Below, in pieces: positions 55,687 through 64,000 of a stretch of 64,000 nt of DNA. The position numbers and the translations under genes were made by a program. Position 1 is the first letter of the stretch; each line of letters starts with the position of its first letter. Source of the stretch: Bacteroidota bacterium. GTDB taxonomy: Bacteria; Bacteroidota; Bacteroidia; J057; JADKCL01. The stretch is taken from contig JANORP010000378.1 of NCBI GenBank assembly GCA_031415375.1, forward strand, positions 48,936 through 112,935, read 5' to 3'. The notes beneath the pieces are model-generated. The model saw only the letters and a list, made by a program, of their open reading frames with translations, ran no database searches and had not been told where the DNA came from.

Positions 55687-56537
55687 ACCTTACCCAGTTG
55701 ATCCATCGATATCTCGCAGCCCCTTTTCCTATTTGGAACCTTGAGCTGACAGAAACGCTAGTCCAGAAAAAATGGATGGAATTGGAAGGAATCGAAATTC
55801 AAAGCCGAGAGAACTACTCTACAGCTGCTAGCTATCATCAAAAAGGGATGTCTGTAGGAGTCAGATCGCAACTACAGCATGCTAGCCAACCAAAAATGTA
55901 CCAGGAAGCCCCAAATGCTGAACTGCTTGGTGTCTTCTATGACAAACATGGACTAGAGCTACTGAGTGAGCAGGATTTGAAGGAAAGTGATGCGATCGTT
56001 AAGCTTGAGGAGTCAATCGCGATGCTAGATTTGGTGCCGCATCTTGGCGCTTGTGTGGCCCTTTTGGTGAGGTCAATACAAGTTTTGAAGCAAGAGGGTC
56101 CTCAGACTGACCTCAGTTACAGTCATCCAAAGATTCCTTTCTCGATTTTCGTTTCGGTTTGTGAGGATCGCTCCATGATATCTACACTGCGTGTAGCAGA
56201 GTCCATTCTTCATGAAGCGATGCACCTATTTCTCACGCTCATAGAGGATGAGGCCCCTCTGGTGAAGGATGACGCTATTGGGAAGTTCTATTCTCCATGG
56301 AAGCACGAAAACAGGAATGCGCGGGGAATTTTGCACGGAGCTTTCGTTTTTAGGGCCATTTGGGAGTTTTGCGAGCGTTTGCGCAATGATGACCTTGCCC
56401 CCCAAGAAAAGAAGTATGTGATCAACCGTCAAACGACGATTTCAGAAGAACTGTCGTTACTGCCAGAGTTTAGTGACAATTCGGACCTCACTAGAGATGG
56501 GGCCACCCTGATAGCAAGTCTATTGCCATTGAGCTGA
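55683..56537 (+). CDS. HExxH-motif peptide-modification protein (aKG-HExxH / TIGR04267-like)
   Basis: Contains 'ESILHEAMHLFLTLIED'. An ATGA overlap joins it to the upstream oxygenase gene. The ~280-aa size and the position next to an rSAM/SPASM gene fit the family. Confidence 0.7.
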   Translation: MNLTQLIHRYLAAPFPIWNLELTETLVQKKWMELEGIEIQSRENYSTAASYHQKGMSVGVRSQLQHASQPKMYQEAPNAELLGVFYDKHGLELLSEQDLKESDAIVKLEESIAMLDLVPHLGACVALLVRSIQVLKQEGPQTDLSYSHPKIPFSIFVSVCEDRSMISTLRVAESILHEAMHLFLTLIEDEAPLVKDDAIGKFYSPWKHENRNARGILHGAFVFRAIWEFCERLRNDDLAPQEKKYVINRQTTISEELSLLPEFSDNSDLTRDGATLIASLLPLS

Positions 56538-57240
56538 ACTCGGATTCTGGCTTCATTGATTGCAGCAAACCAATTCTGGTAGGCAAAATTATCGGATCGT
56601 CTTTATCGATATGAAATCGAGCAAGAAGCGCTTCGATCCACTGCATCTCCTTCAAAAGTCTAAAATGGAGCCTTTGACGAGCAATTACGAAGCTCTCATC
56701 ACGTAACCCTAGAATCTTAATGGTTTGGCGACCTCGAAAAGTCCTGCCTTCAATTTCCCAACCTCTAAAACGGATATGGCATCTAGGATCTTCTTTGGAT
56801 GGGTTAATGAGTATTGGCTCTTCCGCATCGGCATCATGGTGGCTCTTCATTCTCTTGGTTGAATCAACCAATGGAAAGAAGTTCCTTTTCTTACTCGTGT
56901 TTGGCAACGGTTTGCAAAGCAGTAAATTCTCCCAGCTGTAAGCCAGCCAGTAGTACCCTGGAGTTAGTGATCCTCCCTTTCTCCATGGCCATTCGTCAAT
57001 TCTGCCTTTTGGACGATAGTGCTCAACGGGCGGCAAATCTCCAACGAAGTAGGCCTCGCTGAAACAACATTTGTTGTGCTGACAATGCTTCAATGCTTCG
57101 ACAACGGCTTTGATCTTATAGGTACGATAAAACTTAAGTTTTCTGCCTCCTTTGTCGTATTCCAATTTCAACTCATCAGTTCTTGGCTTGCCCAATTTTT
57201 CCAATTTTGGTGGACACGGGTCTTTGAATATTTGGATCAT
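56491..57240 (-). CDS. ptuB: Septu PtuB-like HNH nuclease (TIGR02646-like)
   Basis: 'NKCCFSEAYFVGDLPPVEHYRPKG' and 'YSWENLLLCKPLPNTSKKRNFFP' align with the HNH core (His, then Asn). An ATGA overlap at 57237-57240 joins it to the upstream ATPase gene. Confidence 0.65.
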   Translation of the reverse strand: MIQIFKDPCPPKLEKLGKPRTDELKLEYDKGGRKLKFYRTYKIKAVVEALKHCQHNKCCFSEAYFVGDLPPVEHYRPKGRIDEWPWRKGGSLTPGYYWLAYSWENLLLCKPLPNTSKKRNFFPLVDSTKRMKSHHDADAEEPILINPSKEDPRCHIRFRGWEIEGRTFRGRQTIKILGLRDESFVIARQRLHFRLLKEMQWIEALLARFHIDKDDPIILPTRIGLLQSMKPESEFSSMAIDLLSGWPHL

Positions 57241-58652
57241 TTCATTAGCCCTCGTGCTTTGAGTTGTTCTGTGGCAGCTTGGATTTGATCCAAAAATCGC
57301 TGATCCTCTTCGTTTTCGGCTACAGGAATTTCGACAAGTAATCTATCTAGTTCATCCAACCGAAGTCGATCCTCATCCGTTTTCGTATCCTGGTCAAGAA
57401 TTTCCCGCCGCTCCTGAATTAAACCCTCAATCTCGGGGCTTCTGTCACTCCCAAGTCCAAAAAGCTCACCTGTCGCAAACAGTCCAATGCGGCCACCTTT
57501 GATGACATACGGCTCACTGTCAATGATCACAACCCCGTCTTCTCGTCTAAGCACAACTAGGTTCTCCGACTCGGACGCCTGAGCCATAAAGGGGCTATGG
57601 GCAGTGCAGATAAATTGAGTATTCTTGAAATGATGTACCAATTTCTTTTTGAGCGATCGTTGCCAAGATGGATGCAAATGCAGATCAATCTCATCTACCA
57701 AGACAACAGCTGGCTCGTTAAGTGGCGAATCGCTATCACGATTTCGGAGTAACATTCGAAACGCGAGGTCGGCAATCCATGCAAACATGGTTTGATAACC
57801 AAGGCTGAGGGCTTGAAAGGGAACTAGCCCACTCGGCATCGCAATCTCCACCAATCGATCGTTTCGTTTGCCCTCCTTATAATATTCATTGACCGTTATT
57901 TTCTCTGGCGTTCCATCAAGATCTGGTAATAGGTCTGATAATACCTCTTTAACCTTCATGAAAAATCTTGTCGCTGGACCTTCTTCAGTGGTTCTAACTC
58001 TTTCGGCATTCGAATCGGAAAACAACTTGTAAAGTAGGTCCTCGGGATCAAACAACTCGTTGGAATTGGTTAACAGATTGGAGGCAGAGTCTTTGAGTAA
58101 TATTTCGCTTTCAAGATTGTTTACGCCTAAATGTCTATTTGCTGCGTAGGCAAATACATTCATGGACCCAAATTCAAGCAATTCCCCTGGATTCACGTCA
58201 TACTTTTCAAGTTCCCAGTTTTCAATTTCGAAAGAAATGGAATGCTCAGTTTGTTCTTTGTCAGTTGGTATTTCCCCAAGTCCGACGCCAAAGGACAGTG
58301 ATGATCCCACAAACGACTTGACAGTTGCCCCCACCATTGCAATTCTTTCCCAATCAGAATTGTTAGCCAGAACTTCGTCCATTTCTGGTTTTATCTTGAC
58401 GGGGCCTGAGTTAATTTTGGGGCCTGCGCTGTCACCGTCCTTCTTTGGTAACGCCTCAACGTCTGGCCTCATCCATGCCAAACACTTCAACAACGTCGTT
58501 TTTCCCATCCCATTGTCTCCAAGGATCAGCGTCCATCTGGCGATAGCCCCTTTTTCGTCGACAAGCTTCAATTGGCTTTCGCCAAGACAGTTGATATTCT
58601 TTACCTTCAGTGAGGTAAAATACATCGGGGTCACACTATTTTTTTCGTCCAT
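57237..58652 (-). CDS. ptuA: Septu PtuA-like AAA/ABC-type ATPase
   Basis: The N-terminal 'LKVKNINCLGE...WTLILGDNGMGKTTLLKCLAW' carries the Walker A motif. 'VVLVDEIDLHLHPSWQRSL...FICTAHSPF' carries the Walker B and D-loop region, in the AAA_15/21 style. Confidence 0.7.
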   Translation of the reverse strand: MDEKNSVTPMYFTSLKVKNINCLGESQLKLVDEKGAIARWTLILGDNGMGKTTLLKCLAWMRPDVEALPKKDGDSAGPKINSGPVKIKPEMDEVLANNSDWERIAMVGATVKSFVGSSLSFGVGLGEIPTDKEQTEHSISFEIENWELEKYDVNPGELLEFGSMNVFAYAANRHLGVNNLESEILLKDSASNLLTNSNELFDPEDLLYKLFSDSNAERVRTTEEGPATRFFMKVKEVLSDLLPDLDGTPEKITVNEYYKEGKRNDRLVEIAMPSGLVPFQALSLGYQTMFAWIADLAFRMLLRNRDSDSPLNEPAVVLVDEIDLHLHPSWQRSLKKKLVHHFKNTQFICTAHSPFMAQASESENLVVLRREDGVVIIDSEPYVIKGGRIGLFATGELFGLGSDRSPEIEGLIQERREILDQDTKTDEDRLRLDELDRLLVEIPVAENEEDQRFLDQIQAATEQLKARGLMK

Positions 58653-58807
58653 GTCCTAAAATTCATTTCATAAAATGTCCCCAAGTCCCAGTTTCAACCC
58701 TGGATCGAGATGGTCGGGTTCCTTGGGAAAGATAAGAAAGTTCGGCAAATGTGCCCAATCTCAACAAAACGATTTTGTCCGCTTTTTGCCCATTCCCTCC
58801 CATCTTT

Positions 58808-58846
58808 AAAAACAAAAGACTCGGCAGCGCATTACGCACTGCCGAG
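58808..58846 (-). terminator. Rho-independent terminator of infB
   Basis: The stem CTCGGCAG (58820-58827) pairs with CTGCCGAG (58839-58846). On the minus strand it is followed by TCTTTTGTTTTT. It lies 22 nt after the infB stop. Confidence 0.7.
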
Positions 58847-58867
58847 ACTCCATAAGTTTCAGCGCAA

Positions 58868-61800
58868 TTACTTGAGCTTCCTGGCGACTTCCGTCGTCTT
58901 GAATTGCTCGATCACGTCGCCGATTTCGATGTCGTTGTAATTGTCGATCTGCATACCGCAGTCAAAACCACGCTTGACCTCACGCACGTCGTCTTTGAAG
59001 CGCTTGAGGGATCCCAAGCGACCTTGCTGGATGACGATGCCGTTGCGGATGAGCCTGATCGGATCCTTGCGGTTGATCTCTCCGTCCACAACCATACAAC
59101 CTGCGATGGTGCCGACCTTGGTGACCTTGAAGACTTCCCTGATCTCGGCGGTGCCGGTGATCTCTTCTCTCTTCTCGGGGGTGAGCAAGCCTTCGAGGGC
59201 GTCACGCACTTGGTTGATGGCGTCGTAGATGATGGAGTACAGACGGATGTCGATGCCCTCTGTGTCGGCCAATTTCTTGGCGTTGATGCTGGGACGCACT
59301 TGGAAGCCGATGATGATGGCATCTGATGCGGTTGCCAGCAAGACGTCGGCCTCTGTGATCTGACCCACAGCCTTGTGAATCACTTTCACGGCCACCTCGC
59401 CTTGGGAGAGCTTGAGCAAGGAGTCGCTGAGCGCCTCGACCGAGCCGTCCACGTCGCCTTTCACGATGATGTTCAATTCGCGGAAGTCGCCCAATGCCTT
59501 GCGGCGTGCCACTTCCTCGAGCGTAGGACGCTTGTTTTGACGCAATTGCTGCTCACGGTAGAGCTCGCTGCGGCGCACGGCGATGTCTTTGGCTTTGCGC
59601 TCGTCTTCATAGACGACAAAGCGGTCACCAGCTTGGGGCGTGCCCGACAGGCCGACCAATTGCACTGGTGTCGAGGGGCCGACTTTTTTCACGCGGTTGC
59701 CGCGCTCATCCATCATGGCCCTCACACGACCGAAGTGTACGCCTGCCACGAGGGAGTCGCCGACTTCGAGTGTGCCGTCTTGTACCAGCACGGTCGCTAC
59801 CACACCACGACCTTTGTCGAGACGTGCCTCGACGACGGTGCCGCTGGCAGACTTGTTTGGATTGGCTTTGACATCGAGCATCTCGGCTTCGAGCAACACT
59901 TTCTCCAACAATTCAGGAATACCTTTTCCGGTCTTGGCGCTGATCTCTTGGCACTGGAACTTGCCGCCCCAGTCTTCCACCAAGATGTTCATTTCGCTCA
60001 ATTTCAAACGAATGTGCTCGGAGTTGGCACCCGGCTTGTCCATCTTGTTGATGGCAAAGACCATGGGAACACCTGCGGCCTCGGCATGGTTGATGGCCTC
60101 ACGCGTCTGAGGCATGATGCTATCGTCTGCCGCGATCACGATGATCACCAAGTCAGTGACTTTGGCACCACGCGCACGCATAGCTGTAAAGGCTTCGTGA
60201 CCAGGGGTATCGAGGAAGCAAATGCGCTTGCCATCGTCGTTGGTCACCTCATAAGCACCGATGTGCTGGGTGATACCACCGGCCTCACCCGCCACGATAT
60301 TGGCCTTGCGGATGTAGTCTAGCAAGGAGGTCTTACCGTGGTCCACGTGACCCATGACCGTAATGATCGGGGCGCGTGACTCAAGATCTGCAGGATCGTC
60401 GGCGTCGATCTCTGAATCTTCAAATGCTTTGTCGGCGATGTCGATGAAGCGTACTTCAAAGTCATATTCCCCGGCGAGCAGCTGGATCACGTCGGCTTCC
60501 AAACGCTGGTTGATGGACACAAAGAGGCCCAACTCCATACATTTACCAATGATCTCAGTCACTGGGATGTCCATCATGTTAGCCAATTCATTGGCGGTGA
60601 TGAACTCGGTGACCTCCAAGATGCTGGCTTCGTCGGCCCGCAATTGCGCTTCGTTCTCACGTTTACGAGCATCGGAGTCCCTTTTACCTCTCCTCAGACG
60701 CTGGCGTGAGCGCCCTGCGCCTTTGCGCATGTCTGCGAGTGTGCTTTTGATGATGTCGCTGATCTCTTTTTCAGAGGCGTCATCTTTCTTCTTCTTATCA
60801 GCGGCAGTGACTGGCGTGTTGGGCCCGCGTTTGACCGGAGCTCCTGTATTAGGTCTGCCTGTCTGTGGCGTGCCAGGCTTGGCCGGCGTGGTGCCCGTCT
60901 GCCCGGGTGTAGTGCCTGGCAATCCTGCTGGCTTTTTCCGCTTGCGTTTGCGTTTGCGCTTTTTCTTGTCGGCATCGTCGCCCGACTCGTCGGTCGTGGC
61001 GGGAGTGCCGCTTGCTGCTGCACCAGCTGTAAGCTTGGGCTTGGGCTTCTTGCCTGAGAGCGCATCAAGGTCGATTTTACCTTTGACGATAAGACCGGCC
61101 AATTTGGGGGAGTGATCGGAGGCTCTTACGACAGCATTTTCGACTTCGACCTCTGCTTCAGGGGCGACTGCCACGGGTGGCACCACGATGAGAGGCGCTG
61201 AGACCACCACGGGTGGCTGCTCTGCGACGACTTCGTGCACGACCTCTACAGGCTTTTGTTGCGGCACTTCGATCTTGGGTTGCTCCACGATGGGGGCTTC
61301 GACCTTGACCTCTGGCTGCTCTACCTTGGGAGTTTCGACAACTTTGACTTCCTCAACGACGACGGGCTTTTCGACGACGACCGGCTGCTCGACCACGATT
61401 GGTGCGACCACTACTGGTGCAACCACAGGTTCGGCGATGGGTGTGACGACTGGGGCTACCTCGATCGGCGTGACGACTGCCTCGACGACAGGTTCAGAAA
61501 CCTTGGCGACGGGAGTTTCGACGACTTTTGCTTCTGGCTCCTCTTTGGGCTTGGGTTTCCTGCCCGAGAGTGCATCCAGATCGATCATCCCTTTGACCTT
61601 GAGGCCTGGCACACGTGCGCTGAGTTCCTCTTTGACCACTTCTGCCGGCTTATCGACGACAGTATCACCTTTTTGGGCTGACTTGGGATGATCAAGATAC
61701 CCTTTGCGCAATTGCTCGGCCGACAACGGTTCTTCGTCGTCCTGCTCTGGGGAATCTTCACGGTGCAGACGTTTTTCCTGCTTGGCTTCCTTGATTTGAT

Positions 61801-61996
61801 CGACCTTTTGCTTCAGTATTTTTTCTGAGGCAAACTCTTTCATCAAGACGTTGTACATCTCATCGCTGAGCTTCTCATTGGGGGAATTGGTGACGGTAAA
61901 GCCCTTAGCCGCCAAGTGATCCACCAATGTTAGGCTCCCTGTATTGAGCTCTTTGGCTACCTTAAAAAGACGATGTTTCTGTTTCTCTTCTGACAT
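58868..61996 (-). CDS. infB: Translation initiation factor IF-2
   Basis: GTPase motifs are 'GHVDHGKTSLLD', 'DTPGH' and 'NKMD'. The C-terminal IF-2 domains are conserved. The N-terminal region is long and low in complexity. Confidence 0.95.
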   Translation of the reverse strand: MSEEKQKHRLFKVAKELNTGSLTLVDHLAAKGFTVTNSPNEKLSDEMYNVLMKEFASEKILKQKVDQIKEAKQEKRLHREDSPEQDDEEPLSAEQLRKGYLDHPKSAQKGDTVVDKPAEVVKEELSARVPGLKVKGMIDLDALSGRKPKPKEEPEAKVVETPVAKVSEPVVEAVVTPIEVAPVVTPIAEPVVAPVVVAPIVVEQPVVVEKPVVVEEVKVVETPKVEQPEVKVEAPIVEQPKIEVPQQKPVEVVHEVVAEQPPVVVSAPLIVVPPVAVAPEAEVEVENAVVRASDHSPKLAGLIVKGKIDLDALSGKKPKPKLTAGAAASGTPATTDESGDDADKKKRKRKRKRKKPAGLPGTTPGQTGTTPAKPGTPQTGRPNTGAPVKRGPNTPVTAADKKKKDDASEKEISDIIKSTLADMRKGAGRSRQRLRRGKRDSDARKRENEAQLRADEASILEVTEFITANELANMMDIPVTEIIGKCMELGLFVSINQRLEADVIQLLAGEYDFEVRFIDIADKAFEDSEIDADDPADLESRAPIITVMGHVDHGKTSLLDYIRKANIVAGEAGGITQHIGAYEVTNDDGKRICFLDTPGHEAFTAMRARGAKVTDLVIIVIAADDSIMPQTREAINHAEAAGVPMVFAINKMDKPGANSEHIRLKLSEMNILVEDWGGKFQCQEISAKTGKGIPELLEKVLLEAEMLDVKANPNKSASGTVVEARLDKGRGVVATVLVQDGTLEVGDSLVAGVHFGRVRAMMDERGNRVKKVGPSTPVQLVGLSGTPQAGDRFVVYEDERKAKDIAVRRSELYREQQLRQNKRPTLEEVARRKALGDFRELNIIVKGDVDGSVEALSDSLLKLSQGEVAVKVIHKAVGQITEADVLLATASDAIIIGFQVRPSINAKKLADTEGIDIRLYSIIYDAINQVRDALEGLLTPEKREEITGTAEIREVFKVTKVGTIAGCMVVDGEINRKDPIRLIRNGIVIQQGRLGSLKRFKDDVREVKRGFDCGMQIDNYNDIEIGDVIEQFKTTEVARKLK

Positions 61997-62020
61997 AAAT
62001 CGATTTGGTCTCCCACCATA

Positions 62021-63277
62021 TTAATCTTCAAACTCGGCTACGAGAATCGCCATCACTTCCATAATCGTCTCGCGGTCGAGGTCCGTCCTGCGTTCCAAGT
62101 CATCGACGCTGAGTTCGAGCACTGCCTTGGCGGTATCGCAACCGATGGCTTTGAGCTCATTGATGACCCACTCGTCGATTTCGTCGCTGAATTCTTCCAA
62201 ATCTACGTCCTCTTCGTCATGCTCCATTTCGCGGAAGACGTCGATTTCATAGCCGGTGAGGCGGCTGGCAAGCTTGATGTTTTGCCCACTCTTGCCGATG
62301 GCCAAGGATACTTGGTCGGGCTTGAGGAAGACTTGCGCCTTCTTGGTGCCTTCATCGAGTTTGATGGTGCTGATTTTTGCGGGGCTCAGTGCCCGCTGTA
62401 TGTAGAGCTGATCATTGCTCGTGTAGTTGATCACGTCAATGTTTTCATTGCGCAACTCGCGCACGATACCATGGATACGCGAACCTTTCATACCGACACA
62501 GGCCCCGACGGGGTCGATGCGGTCGTCATAGCTTTCTACAGCCACCTTAGCGCGCTCGCCTGGCTCGCGCACGATACCTTTGATGGTAATGAGGCCGTCG
62601 TAGATCTCGGGGACTTCTTGCTCGAAGAGTTTCTCCAAGAAGAGGCCCGAGGCACGGGAGATAATGCAGTGAGGATTGCCATTGCGCTGCTCGACATCGA
62701 TGATGACGGCGCGAATAGTGTCTCCCTTGCGAAAACGGTCCTTGGCGATTTGCTCATTCTTGGGAAGGAGCAGTTCATTGCCCTCATGGATGACCATGAT
62801 TTCATTGCGCCAGATTTGATACACTTCACCCACGATGATTTCACCGACAAGTTCTTTGTATTTTTCAAAGATGACCTGCTTCTCGAGGTCTCTGATTTTT
62901 TGCGTAAGGGTCTGCTTGGCAGTCTGTACCATCTTGCGGCCAAAGTCTAGAAACTTGACTTCGTCGGCCATTTGCTCACCAATCTCCACATCCTCATCGA
63001 CTGTCAGCGCTTCAGACAATGAGATTTGGGTAGCCTCGTCTTCCACTTCGCCATCCTCAACGATTTCGCGTTCACGGAAGGCTTGTATATCACCTTTATC
63101 GACGTTGATGATCACGTCGAAGTTGTCGTCTGAACCAAACTTTTTGCGAATCATTGTGCGAAACACCTCTTCCAACACGCCCATGAGCGTAGCGCGGTCG
63201 ATGTTTTTGGACCTGGCAAATTCTGCAAAGGATTCGACCAGGCTCTCTTTATTCTCGCTTTCTTTCTTTTTCGCCAT
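62021..63277 (-). CDS. nusA: Transcription termination/antitermination factor NusA
   Basis: Typical NusA S1 and KH regions ('REPGERAKVAV.SYDDRIDPVGACVGMKGSRI'). The gene lies between rimP and infB. Confidence 0.95.
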   Translation of the reverse strand: MAKKKESENKESLVESFAEFARSKNIDRATLMGVLEEVFRTMIRKKFGSDDNFDVIINVDKGDIQAFREREIVEDGEVEDEATQISLSEALTVDEDVEIGEQMADEVKFLDFGRKMVQTAKQTLTQKIRDLEKQVIFEKYKELVGEIIVGEVYQIWRNEIMVIHEGNELLLPKNEQIAKDRFRKGDTIRAVIIDVEQRNGNPHCIISRASGLFLEKLFEQEVPEIYDGLITIKGIVREPGERAKVAVESYDDRIDPVGACVGMKGSRIHGIVRELRNENIDVINYTSNDQLYIQRALSPAKISTIKLDEGTKKAQVFLKPDQVSLAIGKSGQNIKLASRLTGYEIDVFREMEHDEEDVDLEEFSDEIDEWVINELKAIGCDTAKAVLELSVDDLERRTDLDRETIMEVMAILVAEFED

Positions 63278-63280
63278 TGT

Positions 63281-63769
63281 TCAATCGAATGATATTTCAA
63301 TTTTTGCCTCTTGTATCGCGTCAAACGCAATCAATAGAGGTGGATTTTCAATGTTTTCAGACTTCTTGGGCTTCTTTTTGGGGTCAAGCAACAGGGAAAT
63401 ACCCACCTCACTGACCTCCTCCAAAACACCTACGACCGTCTCCCCTTCCAAGATCTTCACTTTCAGCCTGCGCCCTACGTTCTTGCTGTATTGGCGGGGG
63501 ATCTTGAGCCCACGGCTCAAGCCAGGTGAACTTACTTCCAGCGAAAATGGAAATTCAAAAGGATCGGTTTCCTCCAACCAGGCGCTCAGCTTGCGGCTGA
63601 TACGGGCGCACTTGTCGATCGTAATGCCTTCGTCGGTGTCCACCAAAAATGAAAGAACGCTTTTCGGGCCCCTGACAAAGCTCAACTCCACTACAAATAC
63701 GTCTGGAAAATTGGCGTCAACCAATTCTCGCATCGTCTTTTCCGCTTCTTCAAAACCTTGCATCTGCAC
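63281..63769 (-). CDS. rimP: Ribosome maturation factor RimP
   Basis: 162-aa ORF immediately upstream of nusA. 'SFLVDTDEGITIDKCARISRKLSAWLEE' is RimP-like. Confidence 0.85.
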   Translation of the reverse strand: MQMQGFEEAEKTMRELVDANFPDVFVVELSFVRGPKSVLSFLVDTDEGITIDKCARISRKLSAWLEETDPFEFPFSLEVSSPGLSRGLKIPRQYSKNVGRRLKVKILEGETVVGVLEEVSEVGISLLLDPKKKPKKSENIENPPLLIAFDAIQEAKIEISFD

Positions 63770-63824
63770 GAAATAAAAAAGGGAGAATCATTCCCCCCTC
63801 AACTCACATGATTCAAAATCAGCA

Positions 63825-63854
63825 CAAAGGTACATTAATAATTAGCATTTTCAA
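63825..63854 (-). promoter_or_regulatory. Putative Bacteroidota sigma-A promoter of the rimP-nusA-infB operon
   Basis: The minus strand reads TTG (63854-63852), a 19-nt spacer, then TACCTTTG (63832-63825). This matches the TTG / TAnnTTTG consensus and lies ~56 nt upstream of the rimP ATG. Confidence 0.45.
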
Positions 63855-64000
63855 AACCTAATTCTATTATCCACCATCGTTTTTTGGTTTTCCGACACAT
63901 CATCGCCCCAATTTCTTTCATGCCAGCCCAATTTTGGGTTAATTTGCACCGACATGGAACTGCACGATCTCGTACAAACCTCTGACCTGCTCCAGAAAAA

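Larger units (their letters stand above)
53396..58867. other. AT-richer accessory block (RiPP-like operon plus Septu pair)
   Basis: Spot GC counts are 26/60 at 54001-54060 and 24/60 at 57301-57360, against 39/60 at 59401-59460 within infB. Both flanks are conserved housekeeping genes. Confidence 0.6.

Noticed and set aside
59375-60322. 315-aa plus-strand ORF
   Set aside because: It is antisense to the infB GTPase domain.
63955-64000. Possible start of a plus-strand gene (ATGGAACTGCACGATCTC..., MELHDLVQTSDLLQK)
   Set aside because: Only 15 codons remain before the window ends, which is too short to support a call.
1-64000. tRNA, rRNA, integrase or transposase genes
   Set aside because: I read through the intergenic regions and saw no cloverleaf-compatible sequence and no rRNA-like stretch. 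No ORF shows tyrosine/serine recombinase or DDE motifs. The two AT-richer blocks are therefore not called mobile elements.

Overview
This 64-kb window is a GC-rich chromosome segment of Bacteroidota type. The evidence is seven proteins ending in T9SS C-terminal sorting domains, HYR/SprB-repeat adhesins, and a TTG-N19-TAnnTTTG promoter upstream of rimP. A Saprospiria/Chitinophagia-like origin is only a guess. All homology calls come from motifs recognised by eye; no searches were run.

Core content, left to right:
- a giant 5'-partial adhesin (>3,100 aa)
- a family-5 ABC substrate-binding lipoprotein
- hrpB
- several T9SS-secreted enzymes: an esterase, an ASST-like protein, and an S8 protease with MAM and PKD domains
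- a ceramidase-like membrane protein
- a PaaI thioesterase, an M20 peptidase and a NUDIX hydrolase
- a glycine-rich/HYR protein
- a SWIM zinc-finger protein
- a SprB-repeat protein
- the alpha-2-macroglobulin/pbpC pair
- an M15-type peptidase followed by an overlapping lipoprotein gene
- a ygiD-like dioxygenase and an ADP-ribosylglycohydrolase
- the rimP-nusA-infB operon

Two visibly AT-richer accessory blocks stand out.
1. 38.7-41.3 kb: a 2.25-kb insert just downstream of pbpC. It is bracketed by an imperfect 156-bp duplication of the pbpC 3' end. It carries a dead C5-methyltransferase stub and two intact nuclease-like genes.
2. 53.4-58.9 kb: a translationally coupled four-gene RiPP-like operon (small peptide, radical SAM/SPASM, 2OG-Fe(II) oxygenase, HExxH protein), convergent with a Septu-type ptuA/ptuB defence pair.

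The RiPP-like operon and the pbpC-tail insert are the best candidates for something undescribed. I recognised no rRNA, tRNA, CRISPR array, integrase or transposase. Several start codons were moved from the ORF track to internal ATGs that expose signal peptides; start positions remain uncertain.
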